NCBI GenBank assembly: GCA_047495785.1
Contig: JBLDXI010000009.1
Location: forward strand, 3,658,001 to 3,722,000
DNA from: Lepidodermella squamata
Lineage: Eukaryota; Animalia; Gastrotricha
Direction of reading: 5' to 3'
Length of the DNA: 64,000 nt
Shown here: positions 32,114 to 48,629 of the stretch, one piece after another
Layout of the letters: every line of letters begins with the position of its first letter
How positions within the stretch are numbered: the stretch's first letter is position 1
Made by a program: the position numbers and the translations under genes
Notes under the pieces: generated by a model
The model's database searches: none
Seen by the model: the letters and a program-made list of their open reading frames with translations, nothing else
Told to the model about the DNA's origin: nothing

Positions 32114-34363
32114 TCAATTGCCGCTGTTCGCCTCGAGCGGCGGCAGGCGATTAGCCCACTCGAACATTTGAGCGATATTAAGGCGGACGGCGCCTTTTGG
32201 GGCGTCGGTCAAATCGTCGACCATCGACCGGCTGACCATTGATTTCCCGATAATCTCCACCGGTGTTGTGAATAGCGTCGGGAAACAGTAGGCTATCGGC
32301 TTCATCAGCGCCTGAAAAATATCAAATTGTCGAATTTGTTCAGGAAAAAGCGCGAGTATTGAATATAAAACTTTTCGAATTTTTCTCAAAATTGCATCCA
32401 TTTTTTCAAGTGAAGAGTGTTAAAACTGTTAATACTCCGATGAAGCTGTTTTATCGTAAAATGGGATGACTTTACATAGGTTTGGCGTTCGACCTTTGAT
32501 CAAAAATATTTGCAAATTTAATGAAAAAATAACGCTACTTGAAGTACTTCTCGCTTCTGAGATGAGTCACAAGGTAGAGTCCAGTTCGGTCTGGTTTTTA
32601 CGGTTCTCGAAACCCGGTACAAGTTCTTGTTCATTTACTCAAAAGACAGCCGTTTTGTCAGAATATTAGAAAGCTCCAATCGATGTTCTCGAATTTGCTG
32701 ACAAAAATACCTACCTTGGATAAAGTTTTCTCTAAAACTTGTCAATTTCTCTTCGAAAAATAGCAACTTTACCCGCCACAGTAGCAACTACGGAGAGATC
32801 ATTTACAATTCTCAAGCTAATCATGAATCCTTAGCGAAGTACAATGACGTAGGACCACTTCTCGAACCTTTCCATTATTGCTATTGCACACGAAATAGAT
32901 AAACTAGGTAATAGATTGTCGGGAATTATTAACAGTTTTTGCTCGTCTGATGGTAAGAAAATGTTTCTCTCCTGAGCAAAAGGCCCCGAAATGCGAGCTG
33001 AGTATCATTCTAGATCATTTAATAGTTTGCTTCTTTAGGCTTCCAATTGCTATTTTTAGCTCACCGCATTCCTGAGGGTTTTCTTATTTAAAAACAAATG
33101 AATCCTCGGCTATAATGACGTCTCCATGTCCGACGAGGAACAAGAAGAGGGCCAACAAGAGCCACTGGCTCAGCCTACCGATCAAGGGCAACCCCAACCA
33201 CAAAACCCATTGTGGCCGCACCAACAACAGCGACGGCAGGAAACAGGCTCACGAGCTAATATCTTGCATTGGCTCGCATGGTAAGGGCATGTTGGCGAGT
33301 ATAAAAATGGCTTGATTGTCGATTTGAAACTTTTGGATTCGTCTCTTGATCCCGATTTAGCTATTTTTGAGCCGGTTGATGGTCAAAAGATGGAGATGCT
33401 CAATATCATCATTGCCTTACAAATGACTTCTTCGTGAGTGAGTTGAAAAATGGCAAATCTTGTCTGAAATGGAAGTTTCCAACAGGTTGAGCGCAAATTC
33501 TGCGCGACGCTTCTAAGCCCATTACGAAACGCCCTATTAGCTTTGACGGTCATAACATTACCCAAGGTACTCGAGTGGCAACTGGCAAGGGTGGATCCCA
33601 ACACCCAATAGTGTCAAGTTTTGGAAGTTCTGGTTTTCGCCGACGTTAACTCCAGATTCGTCGAAGCCCAAGACAATACCCTACGGAGAGATGCTCAACT
33701 GAAAACTGAAATTGACCAATTCAATTGTTTCGAGAAAAATTATTCAATTTCTAGTCTGCACTACCATTTAATAAATTGGCTGGTGTAAATTAAAAAATGT
33801 TTGAAGCTTCATACCCGAAAGCAGCTTTCAGCTGAGCGGCTTTCAGCTCGATCGACCATTATCAAACCGGGTCGATAGATCGAGACGCGATCGAAACCGG
33901 CGTTCACAGCAAATTCCTCTGTAATCCATTTCGTATTCAGGTACAAATTACTGCTAGCTCCTGCCCCGGCTGATGAACACAGGTGATAGTGCTTGCAGCC
34001 ACCGGCTTTCGCCAACTCAGCTACTTTGTTAGTGTAGTCACGATCCACCCTAATAAACAACAAATTTTGAAAAAAGTTCTTGAAAAATTTGAATGATTTT
34101 TACTTGAGAAAAGCTTCTACGCCATGTTTTGACCGAGTTGTTCCCAAACAACAGAAGCCTTGATCGAACCCAGAAAAATCGCTTTTATAGTCGTCTAATT
34201 TGTCGAAATCGATGACTTTGTATTCGACCCCAGGCGGCGGATTCGCTTCACCGGGTTTACGGCCGATCAAAACCAGTCGTTTGAATCGCTTCCGAGCTAT
34301 CAGCTCCTTCACTACTGCTTTGCCAGACTCGCCGGTGTAACCGATCACAAAAGCAGAGCTCAT
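32114..34363 (-). CDS. HTATIP2: HTATIP2/TIP30-like oxidoreductase copy 1 (3 exons: 34363-34104, 34050-33815, 32311-32114)
   Basis: FVIGYTGESG, GFCCLGTTR, VDRDY, YLNTK, SIYRPG motifs; splice sites in frame. Confidence 0.9.
32736..32960 (+). pseudogene. hAT transposase C-terminal dimerisation-domain remnant in HTATIP2 intron
   Basis: Translates as IATLPATVATTERSFTILKLIMNP*RSTMT*DHFSNLSIIAI, with in-frame stops. Confidence 0.75.
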
Positions 34364-34485
34364 TCTCTAACAATTCTACTTGAATTTAATCAAAATTAAA
34401 AGAATTAAACAATCAAAATTTAAATAGTTTATTTTGTTTTGTCAAAATCACTGAGCTTAAATTTGAAAGTGAGTCTTTTGAACAG

Positions 34486-37781
<3,296 letters not shown>

Positions 37782-37940
37782 TGTTACACAAAAAATCTAG
37801 AAAAATTTAAACAAATTATAGCGCGCACGACTTTTAATATGGGGCTCTTTCAAGCAAGAAAAGCATCAATAATCAACATCAAAAAAGCACGAAATGTCAA
37901 CGCTTATAATATCAAAGTTTTCATTTTTTTCCAATTTGCA

Positions 37941-40900
37941 TCATTGAGCCGAAGTGCCCTCGCTATCCAAGCTTTTCGAGTATTTCAACATGTCGGCAAT
38001 ATTGAGGCGCATTACTTCAGGTTCCGGAGCATCAGGCAGCATTGAGCGGGCAACCATAGCTCGGGCAATATCGCTGGCTTTCGTAGTAATAAAAGTCGGA
38101 AAAAGTCGATCTGATAGCTTGAATAAGGGCTGAAAATTGAGAAAAAATTGAGAATAATTGAGATATTTTGTAAGAATTTCTCGTACCTTAATTAGCCATA
38201 CACCGGGTGCTTCTTGTTTTCGGTCAGATAGGATGAAGCCAGGCTGGTAAATTGAGACCCTATTGAATCCGGCAGCAATAACACCCTCCTCAGCTTCGTA
38301 TTTCGTGCGAAGATATAAACTTGACGAATCTTTGCTGGTTTTTCCGGCTGTGATCAAGTGCAGGTGCTTTGTGCCACCCTGACTGGCTAATTGAGCAATT
38401 TTGACTGTTGCATCCCGATCAATTCTAAAAATGAAACGAAAATTGATATAAAAAAGAGAAGATGCTCGTAACTAAAATTTTAATCTCAATTGGACACATG
38501 TATCGTGAGATTTCCCTTTTTCAGCTAAAAAATAAATCTTTGCTCGTTCCTCTTCGGCTGGAATTTGCCTTTACTCACTTACTGACTTCACGCGCTACAA
38601 ATACGCTTTCTACACTGTAACCGGTATTAACAAGGACGGCGTGAAGATGCCCTTGTTTTCGGAATTTTCGCCAAAAAACGACTATGCCATCCTTGCGGCA
38701 CTGATGAATTCTCGCAAGTCACAAGGCTTCGAAGTCACATGATTTCGAAGTTATTGCCATATTTTGAAATTCAAGCCCATCACGTCGTGGCTAATCGCAA
38801 ATCGTCCCATCTTCTTGAACTCGTCTTAAATAAATCAGCCAAATCAGTTTACTTACCAAGCCTTTTTATCGGAGGTTTACAGACTTGTTAGCAGTTTCCA
38901 GCATCTCATTCGAGTGCCAACATTCAAGCCGCAAGATTACCCTGATGAGCCATCGAAATCTTAGCTGTGCAATATTGCGGAAACTATTTGCCTATGCCCG
39001 GCGAATCGCCTCGAAAATTAGAAAATTTCCGAATGAAGATGTTACACCTCGCAGAATGCTTGCGGACCTAATCACCGCCGACTCGACTATTTCGATTGAA
39101 GACGGTCAAGTTGAGACTTGGATTATCTTGGACGACAATTTACTGTTTTCGAACGGCGAGTTTCGCCCTTGCTCTTCAGCAAAGTATTTGTGTATTGCCA
39201 GCCAGGAGTTGTCAGCCCTAGGCGATCCTTAGCCAAACTAGTTCAATTCTGTTTGTTGGTCGTGGCTACTGGGTCATTGTGTATAGATCGAAGCTAATCC
39301 CGGGCTATCAGTCGCTGAATTGTCACGGCTGTCTGAGATGGCGGCAAATTCGGCATTTTTGTAAGAAAAATGAGGAAATATGACGAGGTGTCTTACAACA
39401 TTCGCATGGGAGAAGACGAATTAATCTCAAATATCCTGGCCGCTATGTTGTGAGAACGTCTCTTTGGCACTCCTTATCGAAAAGAATAAGGAACTAATAG
39501 CTCATGAAAATAAAGATACTCTCCAAGTAGCCACTCACCACTCAGAGCTGGCAATAATAGCGGCGGCATCTAGAATGTTAAATTCGCCCAACGTGATTTT
39601 TTAATTGTGAATGGGCCTCATCAAAGCAAACATTCTTTAAAAACGAAAATAATAGTTATATTCTTGCTTCATCTTTCAGACGTGAAAGGGCCAGCAGTTC
39701 CACAATGCCTGTGCGCCGTCGGCTTGTCATGCCAAGCGATGACACTTCTGCTACAGCTTCTAAAGCTGAATCTGGCAATCCTATTGACAATCCAAGCTGT
39801 TCACATGTGCCCCTGCGTTGTCTCGGTCCTATAAAGCGCAAGATTTTGGACGTAGCGCCCTCCCGCCCCGCTTCCCAACCGGCAAGTGGGCCTAAAAAGG
39901 CTATGGTGGTAAAGCCTGCAGCAGCTTTCAAGAAGGCGAGAAACAATACGGCATCAAATGCGACTGCCACTGCCAAGGCTGCTAGCGCGACGAAGGATGA
40001 CGATAAAGTTTGCAAAGGGTGCAGCGCCAAGTGGCCGGGCTTCAAGAAGGGGAAGCCGGCGTGGGGTGGGTGCAGCGGATGCGGATGGTGTTGCGGTACT
40101 TGCTTTCCTGAGAATCGCAAAAAATGCCTGGAATGCCTGGAATGCCTGCGAAAGTTGCCATTTTCGACATGACAGAATAGGTCCTCGAATTATTCAATAA
40201 CAATTCATTACGATGATATACGCTGTTATGCTCAAATCATGTTTCCCTGTGTGTGAATAAGGCGTGACTCCAAACTGACTCTATATCTGACTCCCATCAG
40301 GAATTTTGACCACCCGTTTAAGTTGAATTGGATGAATGATTATTTTTCTGGAAACGAGTTATCGACGGCTGCCAATAGGTTGATCAATGTTCAAGTCAAA
40401 CAAAGTGCGCGAATTTGAATACGCTGATGGTCTCATTTTCGCGATACGTGTTTGCTAGCTCTCCTACGATGTATTATAGCTTCGATTCAACAACCATTGT
40501 TAGGGCTGCCTGCGATTGCAAACGGGGCGTAGTGGTGTGACGTTCGAATTTTCGATTTCTGATTATCTCCCCAACCCAACTGAACAATCTGATTTTGACC
40601 CAGTACCGGGCAAACTTCTAAATTAGAATTCTTTGAAATTTTCACCAGATCCAGTTGGTAAAGTTTCGACTCCTATTGCGGTCATTTCCGCTTGCCATAT
40701 TCGTTTACCGCCTTTTACCTACTGAGCGTGTGGTGAATGTGGATGTTGCGTTCTCAGCTCCTTTGGCTACGGAATCTATTTTCGAGCCGACTGATGTCCT
40801 TTCTGTGGAGAATCTGTTTTTCCGATCGTCAGCGGCTATTGTAAAAAAGATTGGTAGAACTATTCTGGCGAAGCCACCTGTTGATCACTGTGTTTGAAAT

Positions 40901-42325
40901 TGGCGGTTGACCGTGACCTGATAAATATGTGGAAGTTTAGTGTAGCGCCAATTGGCGAATGATGATTGGCCCAACACCCATATAAGAAAACTTGTAAATA
41001 ATGTGTAAGGGGAGAAGATTTGAGAGAAATAAACTAGAGATTGTTATCAACGTGTTGTGTGTGCCAGTAGAGATACTAGCATTGGTCTTCTCGCCACAAC
41101 TATTCCTGTTGAGCTATTATTTGTTTCGCTAATTTGTCGAGTCGTGAGGTTATTCTTCCTCGGGGTCCTCCCTTGTGACATTATTTCCTCTTGTTTCCCC
41201 TTTCGCTGTAAATAGTTTACTTTTCCTTGTTATAGTTCAGCCCTACTTGCCAACTTCTCTGAAAAATCTGCTGAAGGTGAAGATGAAGCGAGCGTTGTAG
41301 CTGAGGAGTCAAACGAGACTTCCTTCGAAGGGGGCCGTATGCAGCCGAAAACATCAGTCCCACACAGTCTGATTTTTCCTTTGAGGTGAATTCTTAAATC
41401 AACCTGTAGGATTTGATTGAGCAATAGTTGATTGTTAAGGTCTTTCGAGCTGTGTCTTTCGAGCTTGCAGAGGGAATATGGGGTCATAATAACCTAGCGT
41501 CGCCAAATTTGCCAGGTGAAAATTTTGATGGAAGCGATGCTGCTAGAGCGAAATTCTGCTACGAATGCTAGCGCATCCTTAAAGCAAAATCACCATTTCG
41601 TTCAGCCACGACGCATCCACATCCGCTTTGGAGCGAATGCGCCTCTTCTCCAAATTATTTGCCTACTGATAACATGAAAACGCGTCTCATCGCGTTAATT
41701 CGTGATTTAAAGACGCTTTTGATTTTGACGGGGTTTCGGGTCGGACAAACGCCATCAAATACGCTATTAATACTGGAGATGCTCTTCCTTCTCGCTAACC
41801 TCCGCGTCGTTATGCGCGAAAAATTCGCCGATTTATCAGAGAAGAATTGGAAAAAATGGTCGAACATCTTTTTATGCATATTTAGTTAACCTTACCCCAT
41901 CGTAAATTATCAATGCAAAGAAACTATAACACTTTCCCATCCATGCCGGACTAGTGCAGTTTGTACTTCTAATTACTCTGTATGTACGAGCAGTTATTCC
42001 GAAATCATATTTTTTACGTTTAAATTCGAAATTAAATTATTAAATTGAATTAAATTATGACTCACTTGACAAAAGCTTCGCGCCCTTGGGTGCTGATCCA
42101 GGCTCCGAGACAGCAGAAAGCCTGATCGAAACCGGCAAAATCTGACACGTGCTTGTCGAGATCGTCGAAATTGACCACTTTGCTCTCGGCCCCAGCCGGC
42201 AGTTCGCCTTCATACGGTCTCCGGCCGATCAAAACTAAGCGCTGAAAACGCTTTCGAGCCAACAATTCTTTGACGAGCAATTTACCAGACTCCCCGGTAT
42301 AGCCAACAATAAACGCGGAAGACAT
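37941..42325 (-). CDS. HTATIP2: HTATIP2-like copy 3 (3 exons, 3.6-kb first intron)
   Basis: Exon1 42325-42066 (FIVGYTGESG, AFCCLG); exon2 ~38424-38188 (YLRTK, SIYQPG); exon3 ~38129-37941. Confidence 0.85.
38600..40172 (+). mobile_element. Degenerate DNA-transposon-like region ending in a Cys-rich PHD-like ORF (39705-40172)
   Basis: Broken frames (TVTGINKDGVKMPLF, MULE-like); CKGC...WGGCSGCGWCCGTC...CLEC; lies within an intron. Confidence 0.35.
40928..41880 (+). mobile_element. Ty3/gypsy remnant: LTR (40928-41098) plus gag/pol fragments
   Basis: tgtgg...ccaca termini with TATA and AATAAA inside; LPGENFDGS gag-like; INTGDALPSR*PPRRYARKIRRFIREELEKMV pre-RT segment. Confidence 0.65.
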
Positions 42326-42504
42326 TATGATAAAATTTCGAATTTCTAAATAATATATGGTATATATGATTATTTATTCGGATAAAATATTAAACAAAGA
42401 TAAATAATTTTAAAATATTGATTGTAAATTTTTCACAAATAACATTAGCACCAGCAATAAAATTGTCATGTTATTTTGCACAACCTCAAAAATTCAGCAC
42501 TCAG

Positions 42505-43158
42505 TTATTTTTTCAGCTCATTAAAATTGCTAAGCATTTCACGTGGTTCCAATACCTTGAGACCGGGTTCAGTTGCTCTCGTCCTAGCCAGCATGTTTTT
42601 CATCAAAACAGAGAACGGCGTCGTCATGCGGGACGGTAAGCAAAAATCCACGCCGATGAAAACCGTTCGCATAATTTTACTGCGTAAATTATCCAGCGGT
42701 TTATCGAACAAAATATAGCCAGGTCGGTAGATGGACAGCTGTTCGAATCCTAATTTCTTCACAGCCTCCTCAACTTCGCCTTTAATTCGCCAGTAAAACG
42801 TGCCTGATTGGGTGTTAGCCCCCTGAGCTGTGACCAGGTGGAAATGCTTCGTACCGGCTTTTTTCGCCATTTCAGCAATGTTGGTCACGAGATCACGGTC
42901 GATTTTTACGAATTCCTCACGGCCCATTCGAGTCGTTGTACCAAGCGAACAGAAACCTTGCTCGAAGCCGTGAAAATCTTCCTCTTTCAACGCGTCGAAA
43001 TTGACGACTTTGCACTCGAATTCCGGGCCATATTCGCTGCTGTTGACTGGCTTACGGCCGATGAGAACGACTTTAAGGAAGCGCTTTTCGGCCGCCAACT
43101 CGCGGCAAAGCGCCTGGCCAGTTTTGCCGGTGTGACCGACGACGAAAGCAGCAGACAT
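42505..43158 (-). CDS. HTATIP2: HTATIP2-like copy 4, intronless (217 aa)
   Basis: Single ORF with FVVGHTGKTG, GFCSLGTT, YWRIK, SIYRPG. Confidence 0.9.
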   Translation of the reverse strand: MSAAFVVGHTGKTGQALCRELAAEKRFLKVVLIGRKPVNSSEYGPEFECKVVNFDALKEEDFHGFEQGFCSLGTTTRMGREEFVKIDRDLVTNIAEMAKKAGTKHFHLVTAQGANTQSGTFYWRIKGEVEEAVKKLGFEQLSIYRPGYILFDKPLDNLRSKIMRTVFIGVDFCLPSRMTTPFSVLMKNMLARTRATEPGLKVLEPREMLSNFNELKK

Positions 43159-43509
43159 TTTAATCAAATTAAAAAATGGCCCTAAAAAATATGAATTTCA
43201 AATTGATTTTTGTATAACAATTTTTGACCCACAATATTGTAGAATTTTATGGACTATTAGAAATGGGTGATAAGAAAACCGTTATTTGGCCAAGTTGATA
43301 AGGGCTGAACTACTCAAAATGTGGTTTCCCAGCTGTTTTCTAGTGATATGGGCCCTTCAAAAAATTTCGAGAAAAATCGTTTTCAAACATCAAAATAATA
43401 TTTATTGCAAACAACACTGACCAGCGAATAGCGACTGAGAACTGAGAAATGGCAGGGAGACAAAGATTAAAGCACTCGTTTTTACATGCAAAAATATGTT
43501 TTTTGGCGG

Positions 43510-44213
43510 CTATTGACCTGATGCTTTTGATAACCTCAACATGTCCTGCGTTTCCAGAATTACAGCACCTGGCGTGTTATCCCTTGTTCGCGCCAACATT
43601 GCCGCAATCATAACGCTGATAGGCGTCGTAATTTTTGACGGGCATAGGAATTCAATCGGCCTGAATAAGGCCTGAGCCATTCCTAATCGGCAGTCGTTCT
43701 CAGCGCTGGGGTATAAAATCATGCCTGGTCTGTAGATAGTCAGCTGTTCGAAGCCTAGATTTCGAGCCGCGGCTTCACTCTCGTACTTCATGCTCAAACC
43801 GAACATCCACGAGTCGGGTTTTGTGCCGGCTGATGTTACCAGGTGAAAATGCTTACAGCCGCCTTGCTTAGCCGCCTCTGCTACCCGGATAACAGTGTCT
43901 CGATCAATTCTTCAGAAAAAAAATTGATAAAATTATTATTCAAGAAGTTTGACCAATCTTACGTTCTATACGCATCAGTGCCTTGACTTACAGTAGCACC
44001 AAGCGAGCAGAAACCTTGTTCGAAACCCTCGAAATCTTCCGGCTTCAGGTTTTCAAAGTCGACGACCTTGCATTCGAATTCGGGTCCGAATTGAGACGGG
44101 TCGACTTGTTTTCGGCCAATCAAAACAACGCGTGAGAATCGTTTCTGGGCGGCCAATTCCCTAGATAGAGTCCGTCCGGTTTTACCCGTATGACCAACAA
44201 CGAAAGCTGACAT
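43510..44213 (-). CDS. HTATIP2: HTATIP2-like copy 5 (2 exons), YxxxK tyrosine replaced by Gly
   Basis: Exon1 44213-43963, exon2 43909-43510; FGLSMK aligns with FYWRIK of copy 4. Confidence 0.85.
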
Positions 44214-45174
44214 TGCTGAAATTATCGAGTATAAAAATGCGGAGCTAAAAATGATAACAATAAGTAAGAGAAATTCATATCTCAGAGCTTTCAAATAACA
44301 ATCGGAGTGAAAGGAGAGAAAGCAAGATCACATGTGGATTCATAAATATCATTACAAATTACAATAATGATGTGTGGCGAGTAAAAATTCGTCAATTGAA
44401 AAGGGAGTCGCGGCATAAGGGCGGAAAAAATTGTCCTTTACGGCGCCTACTACAGCTTGCGCCAGCGTGAATCATCGCAGCATTTACCTTTAGTCACGTA
44501 CTGATGTATAAAAATAGTCGATACGCTGCTGTAAAGCACTTAGATGAGCCCTATCACATGCTCGCAAAATGGTTGTTATTTCATCCGGGGAAACCTCAAG
44601 TGTGTCCATTCTAATTTTTCGAACATTCATAATTTTATGCACTATCATTTATATCGGATTATTCTCCTATGAAACGTGATTTTGTCACGATTCAAAAGCA
44701 AAAAAATCGATCAAATTAAAAAATTGCTGTCAGATAAAGCCAAAAATTCCAAAATTTCAAATTACTAGGAATAAAAAATCCAGAGATATTCGGTCTAATC
44801 TCTAATCGGGTACAATATCGAGAATTACCAATCCAGTTAACTTCGGGTTTTTGCGAGTTTTTCGATTAACTTTTCAATTTATTCGGTGAAACCTCGAAGC
44901 AAGTTTAATCTTCGAGAATTATTGTCTCGCAAAATTAATTTAAATTAAATTAAAAAATAATGGCGCTACTGATTGGCCAAAAGATTCGCCTGTAGGTAGG
45001 AAAATCAAATTTCGCTTTGAACGCCAATTTCTGCCAAAATTTAGGCCAAAGTCCAGTCGCTGAAAGGTCGATAAAAAATTTCAATAAAAAATCTAAAGGA
45101 AAAAATTAACAATTAGATTGGATACAATCCGAAACAATTAGAAGTAATTCACTCTCATTTGCACAGAAAATTGT

Positions 45175-47858
45175 TCATCTACCACCCTTTCGCGGGCCTT
45201 TACTCATCATAGGCTGAGGTGGTTTGTAGGGCGTGGTAAGCGCAATCACTTGATTGCCGCCCGATATGTTATTGATTGAGCAACCAAACTGCCTAGCAAC
45301 CGAGACAAGAGTTCGCGGCGCCAACGCCAAATCCGTCTGCAGATCGGAAACGTTAACCGCAAACGAATTACCAGCCGCGGAGAAAGCGTGCATTGAGAGC
45401 AGGATAATATGAGCAAGCAGGCGCGTTCGAAGCCGCGGCGGGATGGACCAGCTTTTCGTATCACCCGTTACCTCCAGGGCTACCATGAAACGCGTGAATA
45501 ACACTTCGCGAATATTATGCGGCAAATTGCGCGGGATACAATCGCCCTTCTTAATTTTGATACCCTTAGCTTTGTACATATCAATCAACACGCGTAAATA
45601 AGCCAACAATCGCATGAAATGGTCGTCTTTTTTCGCAGTTCCACTCAAACAACGGGTAACTAGACACGGCAAATGCGCGTGGTCTTTCTCACTGACAGGC
45701 TGGAAGGAAGCGAGAAAATCTTCGGGGGCAACATTTTCGAGTGGGAAAATTAGGTGAGAAGAATGAGCCGAGACGTTGGGTGCGCCGAAATCGAAATTGT
45801 CACCGGCTGATTCGGCTGCGGTCGATTCAGCAGCAGGATTCGAATCTTCGCCATCCTGGACTTCCTCCTTTTTCTCGGCTTTAAGCGTCTTAGCTTCTTG
45901 CATAGCGGTTTCAATGGCTGTGTTGATGGCATCGCTAGCCAGAGATTTACGCTCGTTGGCGCTCTTGAGGAGTTGTTGCTAGAAAATAAAATAAAATAAT
46001 GTAAATTTATTCATTTACAGGTCTTGATTTTGATCTCTTAAAAGCTTAAAAAAGGTCCATTTCACTAATAGCGCGAATCGAACGGAAACATACGCGCTAC
46101 CGTTCGAGTAAGTTTTGATTTAGAATATTCGATTTAATTTTAATTTCTAATATTTATTTTACAGACACATCCTCGATCGCGATAAATACGTGTTTTCTTT
46201 CAACATTGGTATACCACCGGTTACCAAGGTCATAATTACAAAATAAAAATAGATTTGTGATGGTCACGCCACAGCAAATCGATGAGTGTAGTATTGACAA
46301 GGTGGACCGCTGACAAGTGGGCCGCCAACTTCTATTTTTAGGATATTTTTAGACATTAGCGGCCCACCTTCATTCGACAGATATGGCCTCGAGAGAAAAC
46401 AAGCTAAGTTGATCAAAGAAAAGTCGGATAAAGTAGAGAAATAGCCCTCACTTGATTGTCTTGATGCCTAGTTGTGCTTGAATTATGATGAAGACTTCTT
46501 ATTGTGTGATGTTCTTTTTGATACTGTATGTTTCAACCTTTGTTGTTTAGCCCTGATGCTTTTGCATCGAAACGTCAGCGATTTTAAATAATAAAATTTC
46601 ACCGTGGTGATGCCAGAAATCGGACTTCTATCACGTTGACCGAACTCCCTTCTGCTCAGAAAATAGCAAAAAAATTTACAATGACATTATCACTGACTTG
46701 AAATCGTCAATGTGAGCAGCTGCTCAGCCCTCGAATTTTGTTTTTAGATTTTCGGGTGTGGCGCGAACGCCGATACCCAAGTGAAATATTTTGCACCCGA
46801 CTTCACCCTGAGGCAAAGCGCAAGGGTCAGCGCGCCGAAGTGCAATGGCACGCCTCGCCTTGGGGCGGCTGCCTTCATGATCGCAGCGCATCCCAGTGCC
46901 AGGTAAGTTTAGTGGCAATAGCTTTAAGCCCGCTAGCCCGTCTTCGCCTCGCGCACATCTCTACTAGTCGCTTCATTTGCATATGCACACAAACACGCAC
47001 ACATAGATAATTAGCTTTCGCATGAATGTACTATATGCGCACATTCCCATTATATACTAGTCGACGCATATAATAATACGAACACAGTAAAACGACTGAT
47101 AAAAGAAACACGCATGTCGCATTTTGAACTCGTAGAAAATTATGGAGAAGATGAACATAAATCGAGGAATTTTAAATTATCAATTTTTCTACCATATTGT
47201 TATTTAAATTAATTTTTCAGAAATTATTGATAAACTCACTTTTTTGTGTGAACCAAAGGCGAACGTTAGATCTTGCAGCTTTTGCTTGTTATCGACTTCC
47301 GGGACTTCGGCGTCTTTCTCTTTCTCTTCCTCCTCGACCTGATCCGGAGTGGGTCGCATGAAAACAGACGATGCCGGGACGATATTCATTTTGCGAGTTC
47401 TCTTGTTGAGAAAAGCGACATATAGCCGGCGGTGGCTTTCGACCGAAGAAAGTTTGTGCGTTGTTCCAGAATATTCTAGCGATTTTAACTTCCGATCAGA
47501 TTCAGCCAAATTTGACGTGATCAAGGCGGTAGAATTCGTAGCTCCTTCTTGGGCTTTTTTGCCAAATGACATGCCGAGAGATTTTTGGGGTCTCTTCTCA
47601 AGATAAACTCGAGGCTCCTCAATCGCGTTGGTCTGAGAAGGGACGTTCGAGTCGCAAACCGATCGAGTCGAGAAATTTGCTAAAGAAAAACATTAAATTT
47701 CACATCGCAAACAAACTGAATTTCTAACCTATGTAAAGAGGCCCATTGTCAGCGGAATAATGAACTCGAAATCGAGTGTGATGGCCCTGATTGGAAGAAA
47801 TTCCTTCGTAAGTAACATCATCATCGCTAGCAACTTCGGCGTTCTTTCTCTTTGGCAT
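45175..47858 (-). CDS. POLR1E: RNA polymerase I subunit RPA49/PAF53 (3 exons)
   Basis: LYVAFLNKRTRKMNIVPA, LTFAFGSHKK, LLAHIILLSMH, DLQTDL...RQFGC; exons ~47858-47729, 47679-47240, 45978-45175. Confidence 0.8.
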
Positions 47859-48629
47859 TTTGGTAAAATTGAAACTAAAATGAGAGAAAAAGGCATGAGA
47901 TTTTCGGCCAGAGATTATTTTATTGTGCACTTGGTGCGCGCCCCTTTCGGTTCTACAATATAAAGCAGCCGTTATTATAAACGAGATATATCAGTAAATA
48001 TAATAACCGTTAGATTCTTAGAATATGATTGAACAAAACCACAGGCCTCAGCTGTTTAAGTTAGATGAAATGATAAAAGTTCTCGTAATTTCACGTCAGT
48101 AGTTAGGTCACAAAGCATTCCCGAAAAAATGTACAACAGCTTCGGAAAAATATAATAATGATCCATATCAGCATTGGCATCGTTGGATTATTTGCACGCA
48201 TTTTTTTTATTTCTTCCTGCTGGGGATAGAAGTAACACATAAAAACAAATGAGCTCATTTCGACACAAAACGGAATTATCGTAATAAAATTATATACTAT
48301 TAAAATGAGTAAACAGAGATTTTGGTGATGCGTGTTTGTTGCGTGGCGATTCACGTCAATATCAAGCAGATTTAGCCTAAAAGCAAATGAAAAAATCAAG
48401 AAATTAGATCAATTTAGCAACAACCATGAAAGAAAGATATTTAAAATCAAGACGATATTGCTTTATCTAGGAATTTACGAAGCCCAAGTAACGAGGTTTT
48501 TCATGCGGGAAGACACTCCTAAATTTCAGACGTACAACAAGTATTACGGAAGATTCAGCAGTAGAGATAGAATTTAGGATTCAGCTAATGTTTAAAAGCA
48601 AAAGGATTTGGAAATTGCAACGTTTTTCT

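Noticed and set aside
44214-44294. Signal-peptide-like extension on HTATIP2 copy 5
   Set aside because: It depends on a TTG start in the ORF track; the first ATG (44213) matches the paralog starts.
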